Positions 49,964-61,666 of a stretch of 61,666 nucleotides of DNA are shown here, one piece after another. This DNA is from a virus (taxonomy: Duplodnaviria > Heunggongvirae > Uroviricota > Caudoviricetes), in the IMG/VR virus record IMGVR_UViG_2874968258_000001, positions 1-61,666 of that record; one strand, given 5' to 3'. A program made the translations under genes and the position numbers. Position 1 is the stretch's first letter. Every line of letters starts with the position of its first letter. The notes under the pieces were generated by a model, which saw only the letters and a program-made list of their open reading frames with translations, had not been told where the DNA came from and did not search any database.

Positions 49964-52900
49964 ATGGGTAAAGGCAGCAGTAAGGGGCATACCCCGCGCG
50001 AAGCGAAGGACAACCTGAAGTCCACGCAGTTGCTGAGTGTGATCGATGCCATCAGCGAAGGGCCGGTTGAAGGTCCGGTGGATGGGTTAAAAAGCGTGCT
50101 GCTGAACAGTACGCCGGTGCTGGACAGTGAGGGGAATACCAATATCTCCGGTGTCACGGTGGTGTTCCGGGCAGGTGAGCAGGAGCAGACTCCGCCGGAG
50201 GGGTTTGAATCCTCCGGTTCCGAGACGGTGCTGGGTACGGAAGTGAAATATGACACGCCGATCACCCGCACCATTACGTCGGCAAACATCGACCGACTGC
50301 GCTTTACCTTCGGTGTGCAGGCACTGGTGGAAACCACTTCAAAGGGTGACCGGAATCCGTCGGAAGTCCGCCTGCTGGTTCAGATACAACGTAACGGTGG
50401 CTGGGTGACGGAAAAAGACATCACCATTAAAGGCAAAACCACCTCGCAGTATCTGGCCTCGGTGGTGGTGGATAACCTGCCGCCGCGCCCGTTTAATATC
50501 CGGATGCGCAGGATGACGCCGGACAGCACCACAGACCAGCTGCAGAACAAAACGCTCTGGTCGTCATACACCGAAATCATCGATGTGAAACAGTGCTACC
50601 CGAATACGGCACTGGTCGGCGTACAGGTGGATTCGGAGCAGTTCGGCAGCCAGCAGGTGAGCCGTAATTATCATCTTCGCGGGCGCATTCTGCAGGTGCC
50701 GTCGAACTATAACCCGCAGACGCGGCAATACAGCGGTATCTGGGACGGAACGTTTAAGCCAGCATACAGCAACAACATGGCCTGGTGTCTGTGGGATATG
50801 CTGACCCATCCGCGCTACGGCATGGGGAAACGTCTTGGTGCGGCGGATGTGGACAAATGGGCGCTGTATGTCATCGGCCAGCATTGCGATCAGTCGGTGC
50901 CGGACGGTTTTGGCGGCACGGAGCCGCGCATCACCTGTAATGCGTACCTGACCACACAGCGCAAGGCGTGGGATGTGCTCAGTGATTTCTGCTCTGCGAT
51001 GCGCTGTATGCCGGTATGGAACGGGCAGACGCTGACGTTCGTGCAGGACCGACCGTCGGATAAGGTGTGGACCTATAACCGCAGTAATGTGGTGATGCCG
51101 GATGATGGTGCGCCGTTCCGCTACAGCTTCAGCGCCCTGAAGGACCGCCATAATGCCGTTGAGGTGAACTGGATTGACCCGAATAACGGCTGGGAGACGG
51201 CGACAGAGCTTGTGGAGGACACGCAGGCCATTGCCCGTTACGGTCGTAACGTCACGAAGATGGATGCTTTTGGCTGTACCAGCCGGGGGCAGGCACACCG
51301 CGCCGGGCTGTGGCTGATTAAAACAGAACTGCTGGAAACGCAGACCGTGGACTTCAGCGTGGGTGCCGAAGGGCTTCGCCATGTACCGGGCGATGTCATT
51401 GAAATCTGCGATGATGACTATGCCGGTATCCGCACCGGCGGGCGCGTGCTGGCGGTAAACAGCCAGACCCGGACGCTGACGCTCGACCGTGAAATCACGC
51501 TGCCATCTTCCGGCACCACGCTGATAAGCCTGGTTGACGGGCAGGGGAGTCCGGTCAGCGTGGAGGTTCAGTCCGTCACCGACGGCGTGAAGGTGAAAGT
51601 GAGCCGTGTTCCTGACGGCGTTGCTGAATACAGCGTATGGGGGCTGAAGCTGCCGACGTTGCGCCAGCGCCTGTTCCGCTGCGTGAGTATCCGTGAGAAC
51701 GACGACGGCACGTATGCCATCACCGCCGTGCAGCATGTACCGGAAAAAGAGGCCATCGTGGATAACGGGGCGCACTTTGACGGCGACCAGAGCGGCACGG
51801 TAAATGGTGTCACGCCGCCAGCGGTGCAGCACCTGACCGCAGAAGTCACCGCAGACAGCGGGGAATACCAGGTGCTGGCGCGCTGGGACACGCCGAAGGT
51901 GGTGAAGGGCGTGAGCTTCCTGCTTCGCCTGACCGTGGCAGCGGATGACGGCCGTGAGCGGCTGGTCAGCACGGCCCGGACGACGGAAACCACTTACCGC
52001 TTCACACAACTGGCTCTGGGGAACTACAGGCTGACAGTCCGGGCAGTAAATGCGTGGGGGCAGCAGGGCGATCCGGCGTCGGTATCGTTCCGGATTGCCG
52101 CACCGGCAGCGCCGTCGCGGATTGAGCTGACGCCGGGCTATTTTCAGATAACCGCCACGCCGCATCTTGCGGTTTATGACCCGACGGTACAGTTTGAGTT
52201 CTGGTTCTCGGAAAAACGGATTGCGGATATCAGGCAGGTTGAAACCAGCGCGCGTTATCTTGGTACGGCACTGTACTGGATAGCCGCCAGTATCAATATC
52301 AAACCGGGCCATGATTATTATTTTTACGTTCGCAGTGTGAACACCGTTGGCAAATCGGCATTCGTGGAGGCTGTCGGTCAGCCGAGTGATGATGCATCAG
52401 GCTATCTGGATTTTTTCAAAGGCGAGATAGGGAAAACCCATCTGGCTCAGGAGCTGTGGACGCAGATTGATAACGGTCAGCTTGCGCCTGACCTGACTGA
52501 AATCAGGACGTCCATAACGGATGTCAGCAATGAAATAACACAGACCGTCAATAAGAAACTGGAAGACCAGAGTGCAGCGATCCAGCAGATACAGAAGGTT
52601 CAGGTTGATACAAATAATAACCTGAACAGCATGTGGGCAGTGAAGCTGCAGCAGATGCAGGACGGACGCCTTTATATTGCGGGTATCGGTGCCGGTATTG
52701 AGAACACCCCTGACGGCATGCAGAGTCAGGTGCTGCTGGCAGCAGACAGGATTGCGATGATTAATCCTGCGAATGGCAACACAAAGCCGATGTTTGTTGG
52801 TCAGGGCGATCAGATATTCATGAATGAAGTGTTCCTGAAACGCCTGACGGCCCCCACCATTACCAGCGGCGGTAATCCTCCGGCATTTTCCCTGACATCA

Positions 52901-53461
52901 GACGGGAGACTGACGGCGAAAAATGCGGATATCAGTGGCAGTGTGAATGCGAACTCAGGAACGCTCAACAATGTCACGATTAACCAGAACTGTACGATTA
53001 AGGGCATGCTGGAGGCGACCCAGGTCAGAGGAGATTTCGTTAAAGCTGTATCAAAAGCCTTCCCGAAAAAAGTCGGTACGTGGGGTAACACGGAAACACC
53101 AAACGGTACGGTTACAGTCACCATCAGCGATGATCATAACTTTGACCGCCAGATTATTATTCCGCCCATTATTTTTAACGGTATAGCGTATGACGATCCG
53201 GGGAGCGGAAATAACCCGGGAGGCACGCGATACACGGGTTATGGTTTTGAAGTTCGCAAAAACGGCGTATTAATCGCATCCAGAGAAACTAAAGGGGCCA
53301 TTCCCGGTAGTTACAGTGCAGTTATTGATATGCCTAGTGGTGGTGGTAGCGTCACTCTGGAGTTTAAGATTTTCCAGAAAGGCAATCAGGGGGCAGGCAA
53401 TATCACCGACTGTACGGTGATTGTGACCAAAAAAGCGGCTTCCGGCATCAGTATTCGTTGA
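49964..53461 (+). CDS. J: Host specificity protein J (central tail fibre)
   Basis: 1165-aa ORF after I. Confidence 0.85.
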   Translation: MGKGSSKGHTPREAKDNLKSTQLLSVIDAISEGPVEGPVDGLKSVLLNSTPVLDSEGNTNISGVTVVFRAGEQEQTPPEGFESSGSETVLGTEVKYDTPITRTITSANIDRLRFTFGVQALVETTSKGDRNPSEVRLLVQIQRNGGWVTEKDITIKGKTTSQYLASVVVDNLPPRPFNIRMRRMTPDSTTDQLQNKTLWSSYTEIIDVKQCYPNTALVGVQVDSEQFGSQQVSRNYHLRGRILQVPSNYNPQTRQYSGIWDGTFKPAYSNNMAWCLWDMLTHPRYGMGKRLGAADVDKWALYVIGQHCDQSVPDGFGGTEPRITCNAYLTTQRKAWDVLSDFCSAMRCMPVWNGQTLTFVQDRPSDKVWTYNRSNVVMPDDGAPFRYSFSALKDRHNAVEVNWIDPNNGWETATELVEDTQAIARYGRNVTKMDAFGCTSRGQAHRAGLWLIKTELLETQTVDFSVGAEGLRHVPGDVIEICDDDYAGIRTGGRVLAVNSQTRTLTLDREITLPSSGTTLISLVDGQGSPVSVEVQSVTDGVKVKVSRVPDGVAEYSVWGLKLPTLRQRLFRCVSIRENDDGTYAITAVQHVPEKEAIVDNGAHFDGDQSGTVNGVTPPAVQHLTAEVTADSGEYQVLARWDTPKVVKGVSFLLRLTVAADDGRERLVSTARTTETTYRFTQLALGNYRLTVRAVNAWGQQGDPASVSFRIAAPAAPSRIELTPGYFQITATPHLAVYDPTVQFEFWFSEKRIADIRQVETSARYLGTALYWIAASINIKPGHDYYFYVRSVNTVGKSAFVEAVGQPSDDASGYLDFFKGEIGKTHLAQELWTQIDNGQLAPDLTEIRTSITDVSNEITQTVNKKLEDQSAAIQQIQKVQVDTNNNLNSMWAVKLQQMQDGRLYIAGIGAGIENTPDGMQSQVLLAADRIAMINPANGNTKPMFVGQGDQIFMNEVFLKRLTAPTITSGGNPPAFSLTSDGRLTAKNADISGSVNANSGTLNNVTINQNCTIKGMLEATQVRGDFVKAVSKAFPKKVGTWGNTETPNGTVTVTISDDHNFDRQIIIPPIIFNGIAYDDPGSGNNPGGTRYTGYGFEVRKNGVLIASRETKGAIPGSYSAVIDMPSGGGSVTLEFKIFQKGNQGAGNITDCTVIVTKKAASGISIR

Positions 53462-53531
53462 AATATTTATAACCCCAATAAATGGCGTCAGGAATGACGC
53501 CTTTTTTATTGCAGAAAAGCGAGAGGTAATT

Positions 53532-54131
53532 ATGCGTAAAGTTTGTGCCGCCATTTTGTCCGCAGCCATTTGTCTGGCCGTATCCGGTGCGCCTGCATGG
53601 GCGTCTGAACATCAGTCCACGCTGAGCGCGGGGTATCTTCATGCCCGGACCAACGTTCCCGGCAGTGATGATCTGAACGGGATTAACGTGAAATACCGTT
53701 ATGAGTTTACGGATACGCTGGGGCTGGTGACGTCATTCAGCTATGCAGGAGACAAGAATCGCCAGCTGACCCATTACAGCGATACTCGCTGGCATGAAGA
53801 TTCCGTTCGTAACCGCTGGTTCAGCGTAATGGCGGGGCCGTCTGTGCGCGTGAATGAATGGTTCAGCGCGTATGCGATGGCGGGTGTGGCTTACAGCCGT
53901 GTGTCGACTTTCTCCGGGGATTATCTCCGCGTAACTGACAACAAGGGGAAAACGCACGACGTGCTGACCGGAAGTGATGACGGTCGCCACAGCAACACGT
54001 CTCTGGCGTGGGGAGCTGGCGTGCAGTTTAACCCGACCGAATCCGTGGCCATTGATATTGCTTATGAAGGCTCCGGCAGTGGCGACTGGCGCACTGACGG
54101 TTTCATCGTGGGTGTCGGTTATAAGTTCTGA
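53532..54131 (+). CDS. lom: Lom-like outer membrane protein (Ail/Lom family)
   Basis: 199 aa with signal peptide and beta-barrel-like alternating pattern, C-terminal ...GVGYKF. Confidence 0.8.
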   Translation: MRKVCAAILSAAICLAVSGAPAWASEHQSTLSAGYLHARTNVPGSDDLNGINVKYRYEFTDTLGLVTSFSYAGDKNRQLTHYSDTRWHEDSVRNRWFSVMAGPSVRVNEWFSAYAMAGVAYSRVSTFSGDYLRVTDNKGKTHDVLTGSDDGRHSNTSLAWGAGVQFNPTESVAIDIAYEGSGSGDWRTDGFIVGVGYKF

Positions 54132-54195
54132 TTAGCCAGGTAACACAGTGTTATGACAGCCCGCCGGTTCAGGCGGGCTTTTTTGTGGGGTGAAT

Positions 54196-57156
54196 ATGGC
54201 AGTAAAGATTTCAGGTGTACTGAAAGACGGCACAGGAAAACCGGTACAGAACTGCACAATCCAGCTGAAAGCAAAACGTAACAGCACCACGGTGGTGGTG
54301 AACACGGTGGCCTCAGAAAATCCGGATGAAGCCGGGCGTTACAGCATGGACGTTGAGTACGGTCAGTACAGCGTTATTCTGTTGGTGGAAGGATTCCCGC
54401 CGTCACATGCCGGGACCATCACCGTGTATGAAGATTCCCGACCCGGTACGCTGAATGATTTTCTCGGTGCCATGACGGAGGATGATGCCCGTCCGGAGGC
54501 TCTGCGCCGTTTTGAACTGATGGTGGAAGAGGTGACGCGTAACGCGTCCGCGGTGGCACAGAACACGGCAGCCGCGAAGAAGTCAGCCAGTGATGCCGGC
54601 ACATCTGCCCGTGAGGCGGCAACCCATGCGACTGATGCTGCAGGCTCAGCGCGTGCAGCCAGCACGTCAGCCGGACAGGCCGCGACTTCGGCTCAGGAGG
54701 CGTCTTCCAGCGCAGGAACGGCATCAACAAAGGCCACTGAAGCATCAAAAAGTGCTGCCGCTGCAGAGTCCTCAAAAAGCGCGGCGGCCACCAGTGCCGG
54801 TGCGGCGAAAACGTCAGAAACGAATGCTGCAGCGTCACAAAAATCAGCAGCCACTTCTGCATCCACTGCGACGACGAAAGCGTCAGAAGCCGCCACTTCA
54901 GCCAGAGATGCGGCGGCCTCCAAAGAGGCGGCAAAATCATCAGAAACGAACGCCTCCACAAGCGCCAGCAGTGCAGCCTCCTCGGCAACGGCGGCAGGAA
55001 ATTCCGTGAAGGCGGCAAAAACGTCCGAGACGAATGCCAGGTCTTCTGAAACGGCAGCGGAACAGAGCGCCTCAGCTGCGGCAGACTCTGAGACAGCAGC
55101 TGCATCATCGGCCCGTGAGGCGTCCATTAAGGCAGAGGAGGCAGCAGTCAGTGCCACCGCCGCCGGAAAATCGGCAGAAAGCGCCGCATCATCCGCTTCA
55201 ACAGCCACAACGAAGGCTGGCGAAGCCACTGAACAGGCCAGCGCAGCAGCGAGGTCTGCTTCCGCAGCGAAGACATCCGAAACGAACGCGAAAGCGTCGG
55301 AAACCAGCGCAGAATCCTCAAAAACGGCTGCCGCATCGTCCGCCAGTTCGGCGGCGTCATCGGCATCATCTGCGTCTGCTTCAAAAGATGAGGCGACCAG
55401 ACAGGCGTCAGCAGCGAGGGGCAGCGCCACGACGGCATCCACGAAGGCGACAGAGGCTGCTGGCAGTGCGGCAGCGGCAGCACAGAGCAAAAGTACGGCG
55501 GAATCCGCGGCAACGCGCGCCGAGACAGCAGCAAAACGGGCAGAGGATATTGCATCCGCCGTGGCGCTTGAGGATGCGAGCACGACGAAAAAGGGGATAG
55601 TACAGCTCAGCAGTGCGACCAACAGCACTTCCGAGTCACAGGCGGCAACGCCAAAAGCCGTTAAGGCCGCGTATGACCTGGCTAACGGGAAATACACCGC
55701 ACAGGATGCAACGACAGCACAGAAAGGGATAGTTCAGCTCAGCAGTGCGACTAACAGCACTTCCGAGTCACAGGCGGCAACGCCAAAAGCCGTTAAGGCC
55801 GCGTATGACCTGGCTAACGGGAAATACACCGCACAGGACGCTACGACAGCACAAAAAGGAATTGTCCAGCTCAGTAGTGCAACCAACAGCACATCTGAAA
55901 CGCTTGCTGCGACACCGAAAGCAGTGAAAGCAGCTAATGACAATGCGAATGGTCGGGTACCTTCTGCCCGTAAGGTGAATGGTAAGGCGCTTTCAGCGGA
56001 TATAACACTGACGCCGAAAGATATTGGTACGCTTAACTCAACAACAATGTCATTCAGCGGTGGTGCTGGTTGGTTCAAATTAGCAACGGTAACCATGCCA
56101 CAGGCGAGTTCTGTTGTTTCAATTACGTTGATTGGTGGCGCTGGATTTAACGTGGGGTCACCTCAACAGGCAGGTATATCTGAACTTGTTTTACGTGCAG
56201 GTAATGGTAATCCGAAGGGGATTACTGGTGCTTTATGGCAGCGCACATCGACAGGGTTTACAAATTTTGCCTGGGTCAATACATCTGGTGATACTTACGA
56301 TATTTACGTTGCAATCGGAAATTATGCGACTGGTGTAAATATTCAATGGGATTATACCAGTAATGCCAGCGTGACGATTCATACGTCACCAGCATATTCT
56401 GCTAATAAGCCGGAAGGGTTAACGGACGGTACAGTTTATTCACTCTATACGCCATCAGAGCAGTTTTATCCGCCTGGCGCACCAATCCCGTGGCCATCAG
56501 ATACCGTTCCGTCTGGCTATGCCCTGATGCAGGGGCAGACTTTTGACAAATCTGCATACCCGAAACTTGCAGCCGCTTATCCGTCAGGCGTGATCCCTGA
56601 TATGCGTGGCTGGACGATTAAGGGCAAACCTGCCAGTGGTCGGGCCGTATTGTCTCAGGAACAGGACGGCATTAAATCGCATACCCACAGCGCCAGCGCA
56701 TCCAGTACGGATTTGGGGACGAAAACCACATCGTCGTTTGATTACGGCACTAAATCCACGAATAACACTGGTGCGCATACCCATAGTTTAAGTGGCAGCA
56801 CGAATGCAGCTGGTAATCACAGCCATAGAGATGGCCGTCGATTTAACCCCAGTGTTTTTAAAGATACTTATCAATATGGTTATACAAGCTCAGGTCAAAA
56901 TACCTGGGGTGTACAAGGCTCAGTAGGTATGTCTACGGGGTGGTTAGCGAATACCAGTACAGATGGTAATCATAGCCATTCACTGTCCGGCACAGCAGCA
57001 TCTGCAGGTGCACACGCGCATACTGTCGGTATTGGTGCTCATACGCACTCCGTTGCGATTGGTTCACATGGACACACCATCACCGTTAACGCTGCTGGTA
57101 ACGCGGAAAACACCGTCAAAAACATCGCATTTAACTATATTGTGAGGCTTGCATAA
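54196..57156 (+). CDS. stf: Side tail fibre protein Stf
   Basis: [26 protein letters not shown]... and C-terminus ...[22 protein letters not shown] parallel lambda Stf; long Ala/Ser-rich region. Confidence 0.85.
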   Translation: MAVKISGVLKDGTGKPVQNCTIQLKAKRNSTTVVVNTVASENPDEAGRYSMDVEYGQYSVILLVEGFPPSHAGTITVYEDSRPGTLNDFLGAMTEDDARPEALRRFELMVEEVTRNASAVAQNTAAAKKSASDAGTSAREAATHATDAAGSARAASTSAGQAATSAQEASSSAGTASTKATEASKSAAAAESSKSAAATSAGAAKTSETNAAASQKSAATSASTATTKASEAATSARDAAASKEAAKSSETNASTSASSAASSATAAGNSVKAAKTSETNARSSETAAEQSASAAADSETAAASSAREASIKAEEAAVSATAAGKSAESAASSASTATTKAGEATEQASAAARSASAAKTSETNAKASETSAESSKTAAASSASSAASSASSASASKDEATRQASAARGSATTASTKATEAAGSAAAAAQSKSTAESAATRAETAAKRAEDIASAVALEDASTTKKGIVQLSSATNSTSESQAATPKAVKAAYDLANGKYTAQDATTAQKGIVQLSSATNSTSESQAATPKAVKAAYDLANGKYTAQDATTAQKGIVQLSSATNSTSETLAATPKAVKAANDNANGRVPSARKVNGKALSADITLTPKDIGTLNSTTMSFSGGAGWFKLATVTMPQASSVVSITLIGGAGFNVGSPQQAGISELVLRAGNGNPKGITGALWQRTSTGFTNFAWVNTSGDTYDIYVAIGNYATGVNIQWDYTSNASVTIHTSPAYSANKPEGLTDGTVYSLYTPSEQFYPPGAPIPWPSDTVPSGYALMQGQTFDKSAYPKLAAAYPSGVIPDMRGWTIKGKPASGRAVLSQEQDGIKSHTHSASASSTDLGTKTTSSFDYGTKSTNNTGAHTHSLSGSTNAAGNHSHRDGRRFNPSVFKDTYQYGYTSSGQNTWGVQGSVGMSTGWLANTSTDGNHSHSLSGTAASAGAHAHTVGIGAHTHSVAIGSHGHTITVNAAGNAENTVKNIAFNYIVRLA
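55583..55955 (+). repeat. In-frame tandem repeat, ~2.9 copies of a 126-bp unit, inside stf
   Basis: Units begin near 55583, 55711, 55837; each encodes ~42 aa ([43 protein letters not shown]). Confidence 0.75.
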
Positions 57157-57740
57157 TGGCATTCAGAATGAGTGAACAAGCACGGACCATAAAAATTTAT
57201 AATCTGCTGGCCGGAACTAATGAATTTATTGGTGAAGGTGACGCATATATTCCGCCTCATACAGGTCTGCCAGCAAACAGTACCGATATTGCACCACCAG
57301 ATATTCCGGCAGGCTTCGTGGCTGTTTTCAACAGTGATGAGGCATCGTGGCATCTCGTTGAAGACCATCGGGGTAAAACGGTTTATGACGTGGCTTCCGG
57401 CGACGCGTTATTTATTTCTGAACTCGGTCCGTTACCGGAAAATGTTACCTGGTTGTCGCCGGGAGGGGAATATCAGAAGTGGAGCGGCACAGCCTGGGTG
57501 AAGGATACGGAAGCAGAAAAACTGTTCCGGATCCGGGAGGCAGAAGAAACAAAAAACAGCCTGATGCAGGTAGCCAGTGAGCATATTGCGCCACTTCAGG
57601 ATGCTGTAGATCTGGAAATCGCAACGGAGGAAGAAACCTCATTGCTGGAAGCCTGGAAAAAGTATCGGGTGTTGCTGAACCGTGTTGATACATCAACTGC
57701 ACCGGATATTGAGTGGCCAGAAGAACCAGACACCGTGTAA
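57156..57740 (+). CDS. tfa: Tail fibre assembly protein Tfa
   Basis: [54 protein letters not shown]... parallels lambda Tfa. Confidence 0.85.
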   Translation: MAFRMSEQARTIKIYNLLAGTNEFIGEGDAYIPPHTGLPANSTDIAPPDIPAGFVAVFNSDEASWHLVEDHRGKTVYDVASGDALFISELGPLPENVTWLSPGGEYQKWSGTAWVKDTEAEKLFRIREAEETKNSLMQVASEHIAPLQDAVDLEIATEEETSLLEAWKKYRVLLNRVDTSTAPDIEWPEEPDTV

Positions 57741-57809
57741 GCAAAAAAGAAAAACCGCAGACACGACGTATGCATGACGTGCTGCGGTTTATGCTTATCA
57801 CTTAAAGAC

Positions 57810-58628
<819 letters not shown>

Positions 58629-58989
58629 TCATTGCAAGGGCTCACAACCAGTAGTGTTGAGAAAACCATCGGAGAAATGAGGCTAAGCCTTTGAATTTAC
58701 ATAGTACAAAAAAGATACTTTTCCTCATAATGTGAGCTAATTTTATGTTTCGTTTGATGATTGGACCGGTCTCGAAAACCGTAGACACATAGTATGCGTT
58801 AATTTATGAACAAACTACTTATCTGCTGTTTTTCTGTCATTAGTCGTATATAGAATGATTCTCTATGCCTAACAAAGCATCACCAGTGCTAGATTACGTT
58901 GTAGTCACTGTTTAAATATCCAGATAAAACATTTCCTTCTGGGTTGAATGAGTGATAAAGTTTCACCCATTAGACCCCTTGGAGGAATT

Positions 58990-60423
58990 ATGTCTGAATT
59001 TGAAGTGTTGGCACAGCATCTGCTGAAGGAAGCCGAGGCGGAAGAAAAGCTGCGACAGGAAAATGATAAAAAGCTTATCGAGAAAGTGCTGGAAATCTAT
59101 GATCAGAAGTATGTGGCTGAATTACTGAGAAAAGTCGGAAAAAATGAGTGGAGCCGTGAAACCATTAACCGCTGGATTAATGGCAAGTGTTTACCAAAAT
59201 CGTTGACTTCAGTAGAAGAGTCTCTTCTGCGTAAGATGCTACCAGAACCACCTGCAAACCATCCGGAATATGCTTTCCGCTTCATTGACTTATTTGCTGG
59301 AATTGGAGGGATACGGAAAGGTTTTGAGGCCATTGGAGGCCAGTGTGTTTTTACCAGTGAATGGAATAAAGATGCTGTGCGTACATACAAGGCCAACTGG
59401 TTTAACGATGAACAGGTGCATAAATTCAATCTCGATATTCGGGAAGTCACGCTGAGTGATAAAACCGATGTATTGGAAACGGATGCTTATGCATATATTG
59501 ATGAGCATGTGCCGGATCATGATGTGCTTCTTGCGGGGTTCCCGTGCCAGCCATTTAGCCTTGCTGGTGTTAGTAAGAAAAACTCACTTGGTCGTGCGCA
59601 TGGTTTTGAATGTGAAGCACAAGGAACACTTTTTTTTGACGTGGCACGTATTATACGAGCAAAAAAACCGGCAATTTTTGTGCTGGAAAATGTCAAAAAT
59701 CTGAAGAGCCATGATAAGGGTAAAACTTTCAAAGTCATTATGGAGACCCTTGACGAGCTGGGCTACGAAGTTGCCGATGCTGCAGAAATGGGAAAAAACG
59801 ATCCAAAGATTATCGATGGGAAGCATTTTTTGCCTCAGCATCGTGAACGTATTGTTCTGGTCGGATTTAGACGAGATCTGAATATTCACAAGGGGTTTAC
59901 CTTGCGTGATATCAGTCGTTTTTATCCGGAACACCGCCCATCATTTGGTGAATTGCTGGAGCCTGTAGTCGACAGTAAATATATACTTACGCCAAAACTA
60001 TGGGAGTACCTTTATAACTACGCCAAAAAGCATGCAGCCAAGGGGAATGGTTTTGGCTTTGGGTTGGTCAATCCTGAGAATAAGGAAAGCATTGCACGCA
60101 CACTTTCTGCCAGATATCACAAAGACGGATCAGAAATTCTTATTGATCGTGGTTGGGATATGGCAACGGGAGAGGCTGACTTTATGAATGAGAGTAATCA
60201 GGCTCGTCGACCACGCAGGCTGACTCCCCGAGAGTGCGCACGCCTTATGGGATTTGAAAAACCTGGAGGGAAACCATTCCGTATTCCGGTTTCAGATACT
60301 CAGTCATATCGGCAGTTCGGTAACTCAGTTGTGGTGCCAGTATTTGAAGCTGTTGCCAGACTTCTGGAACCCTATATCCTCAAAGCTGTTTCTGCTGATG
60401 CTGGTAAGACTGGGCAGCCTTGA
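58990..60423 (+). CDS. ecoRIIM: DNA cytosine-5 methyltransferase, M.EcoRII/Dcm-like
   Basis: FAGIGG, PCQPFS, ENV, QFGNSV motifs; 477 aa from ATG 58990 with GGAGG RBS. Confidence 0.85.
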   Translation: MSEFEVLAQHLLKEAEAEEKLRQENDKKLIEKVLEIYDQKYVAELLRKVGKNEWSRETINRWINGKCLPKSLTSVEESLLRKMLPEPPANHPEYAFRFIDLFAGIGGIRKGFEAIGGQCVFTSEWNKDAVRTYKANWFNDEQVHKFNLDIREVTLSDKTDVLETDAYAYIDEHVPDHDVLLAGFPCQPFSLAGVSKKNSLGRAHGFECEAQGTLFFDVARIIRAKKPAIFVLENVKNLKSHDKGKTFKVIMETLDELGYEVADAAEMGKNDPKIIDGKHFLPQHRERIVLVGFRRDLNIHKGFTLRDISRFYPEHRPSFGELLEPVVDSKYILTPKLWEYLYNYAKKHAAKGNGFGFGLVNPENKESIARTLSARYHKDGSEILIDRGWDMATGEADFMNESNQARRPRRLTPRECARLMGFEKPGGKPFRIPVSDTQSYRQFGNSVVVPVFEAVARLLEPYILKAVSADAGKTGQP

Positions 60424-60429
60424 GAACAT

Positions 60430-60452
60430 CTCCCGGCCTTTTAAGCCGGGAG
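60430..60452. terminator. Bidirectional hairpin between convergent M and R genes
   Basis: CTCCCGGC-CTTTTAA-GCCGGGAG. Confidence 0.5.
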
Positions 60453-60457
60453 TCAGC

Positions 60458-61666
60458 CTATGATAGTTCAGCGTAAAGCTCTATCAGCTCAGTAATGAAT
60501 GCTCCGAGCGTTATTAATTCTTCTCTAACTGCTTCTGGGTATTTTTTATGTAAAGTTGATGGTACAACGAGTCTGACACCCGCATCTTTCATTTCTCGGT
60601 ATTGTGCTGAAGAAACACCTTCTTGCAGTGTAAATAAATGTACCTGATGGATTTTATCTGCTTCATTCAGTATCTGACGCCAGCGATCTTTGCAGGTGGT
60701 CTTTACTGCCAGCATACGTAAGTTTTCTACAGGAAATTCAACGTTATGATATGCCTCTGCTGAAGGAAACAGGAAATCTGGTTTTTTATTACCTTCAGTA
60801 ACTGCCTGAGTGGAGAAATGCCGTAGTCCGTGCTCGATAAAAAGCTTCTCTAGGTGAAGTTCAAGTGATTTGCCTGCCCTTGATTTACGTCGATTACTGA
60901 CAGAGTTGGCTAATGCAATAAACTCATCTACAGAATCGAATCCTTTCTTAATAATATCAAGAACATGTAATTCCTCGACGAGTAGAAAAATATCATACTC
61001 GACACGCCGACGGTCAATCAGTTGCTCATCTGGATCCTTGGAGTTTTTAGCATAATGGCCAGCAGCATATTGAATAATTTCGTTTCCAGAAGGAAAACGC
61101 TTCTTCCAGTCTTCAGGAATAACATATTTATGATTTACTGGAGTTTGCTGAAGAGACAATCCGCCCAAAATTTGTCCGGCAGGGCCGGAAATTAGGGTTC
61201 CAGGTATGATTTCGCCAATAGCAGACTCGATGATATCCTCTTCATCGGGATTGACGCAGACCCATATATCTACCTCGGAACAGTCAGTGTTCTGTTCGTT
61301 TAACCTGAAAGCAAGAATTGTGAGGGCTCCTGTATTTTCAGGGTTCTGTAATGGACTTCCTCTCCCCCAGCGCGTAATTCTTTTTTCGTTTCGGGTCTTA
61401 CCAAAATAACGGTTGTTGTAATAAATTGCGCGTGCTTGGGTATCAGGGCAATCATGGGATGATACATGCGCAGTAAGGAAGACTGAAGGGTTCAGTTCGC
61501 GAGTATGATTGATAGATGGAAAAAGCTTTTCAACGATATTTGAGGGGATATAAAGTCCGACCTGATGGCCACCTGTTGCGCCTGTGTCGTTTGCAGAAAG
61601 GCGTTTGATGTAGATAAAGTAATTCCCGCTTGCGATATCAAGCAGCCAGTTATGAAAAACCGACAT
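60458..61666 (-). CDS. ecoRIIR: EcoRII-type restriction endonuclease
   Basis: 402-aa ORF starting at the last base of the window; N-terminus MSVFHNWLLDIASGNYFIYIKRLSANDTGATGGHQVGLYIP matches EcoRII as recalled; convergent with the Dcm-like gene. Confidence 0.75.
   Translation of the reverse strand: MSVFHNWLLDIASGNYFIYIKRLSANDTGATGGHQVGLYIPSNIVEKLFPSINHTRELNPSVFLTAHVSSHDCPDTQARAIYYNNRYFGKTRNEKRITRWGRGSPLQNPENTGALTILAFRLNEQNTDCSEVDIWVCVNPDEEDIIESAIGEIIPGTLISGPAGQILGGLSLQQTPVNHKYVIPEDWKKRFPSGNEIIQYAAGHYAKNSKDPDEQLIDRRRVEYDIFLLVEELHVLDIIKKGFDSVDEFIALANSVSNRRKSRAGKSLELHLEKLFIEHGLRHFSTQAVTEGNKKPDFLFPSAEAYHNVEFPVENLRMLAVKTTCKDRWRQILNEADKIHQVHLFTLQEGVSSAQYREMKDAGVRLVVPSTLHKKYPEAVREELITLGAFITELIELYAELS

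Noticed and set aside
50564-52312. 582-aa ORF on the minus strand
   Set aside because: Entirely antisense to the J gene, whose protein is clearly lambda-like; Arg/Pro-rich composition typical of a GC-biased antisense frame
54419-55697. Several long ORFs on both strands (229 aa, 334 aa, 188 aa)
   Set aside because: They overlap the Ala/Ser-rich repetitive part of stf, where GCN-rich codons keep alternative frames open; the stf frame is the one supported by recognisable ends
55583-55955. Possible CRISPR array
   Set aside because: 126-bp period, no short repeat/unique spacer alternation, and the repeats are in-frame coding sequence of stf

Overview
The window looks like enterobacterial (E. coli/Shigella-type) prophage DNA in three parts; all calls are from reading the translations and sequence by eye, with no database search run. 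(1) 1-16.6 kb is a decayed prophage remnant: a prohead protease fragment followed by a Mu/SfV-like contractile-tail module (sheath, tube, chaperone with -1 frameshift, tape measure, baseplate, tail fibres). It is damaged by an IS600-like IS3-family element, two inverted IS1 copies that each keep their own 9-bp target duplication, and a nonsense codon in a tail-fibre assembly gene. (2) A 35-bp copy of the ssrA (tmRNA) 3' end at 16728-16762 marks an attachment-site junction; to its right is a lambdoid prophage (int/xis, yfdPQRST-like early-left genes, CI/Cro, O-like replication gene with iterons, nin-type region, Q, morons, lysis cassette, cos-type terminase, protease-capsid fusion, lambda-like tail through stf-tfa). 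(3) 57.8-61.7 kb carries a GIY-YIG-domain gene and a convergent EcoRII-type restriction-modification pair. The best candidate for an undescribed system is a two-gene AT-rich cargo operon between the att core and int (82-aa soluble protein plus 272-aa three-helix membrane protein, 16828-17898, minus strand); I could not assign it to any family. Other leads are a LexA DNA-binding-domain-only protein, a ~570-nt structured leader with no N-like gene, and a lipoprotein moron flanked by duplicated terminators. No CRISPR array, intact tRNA or rRNA was seen.
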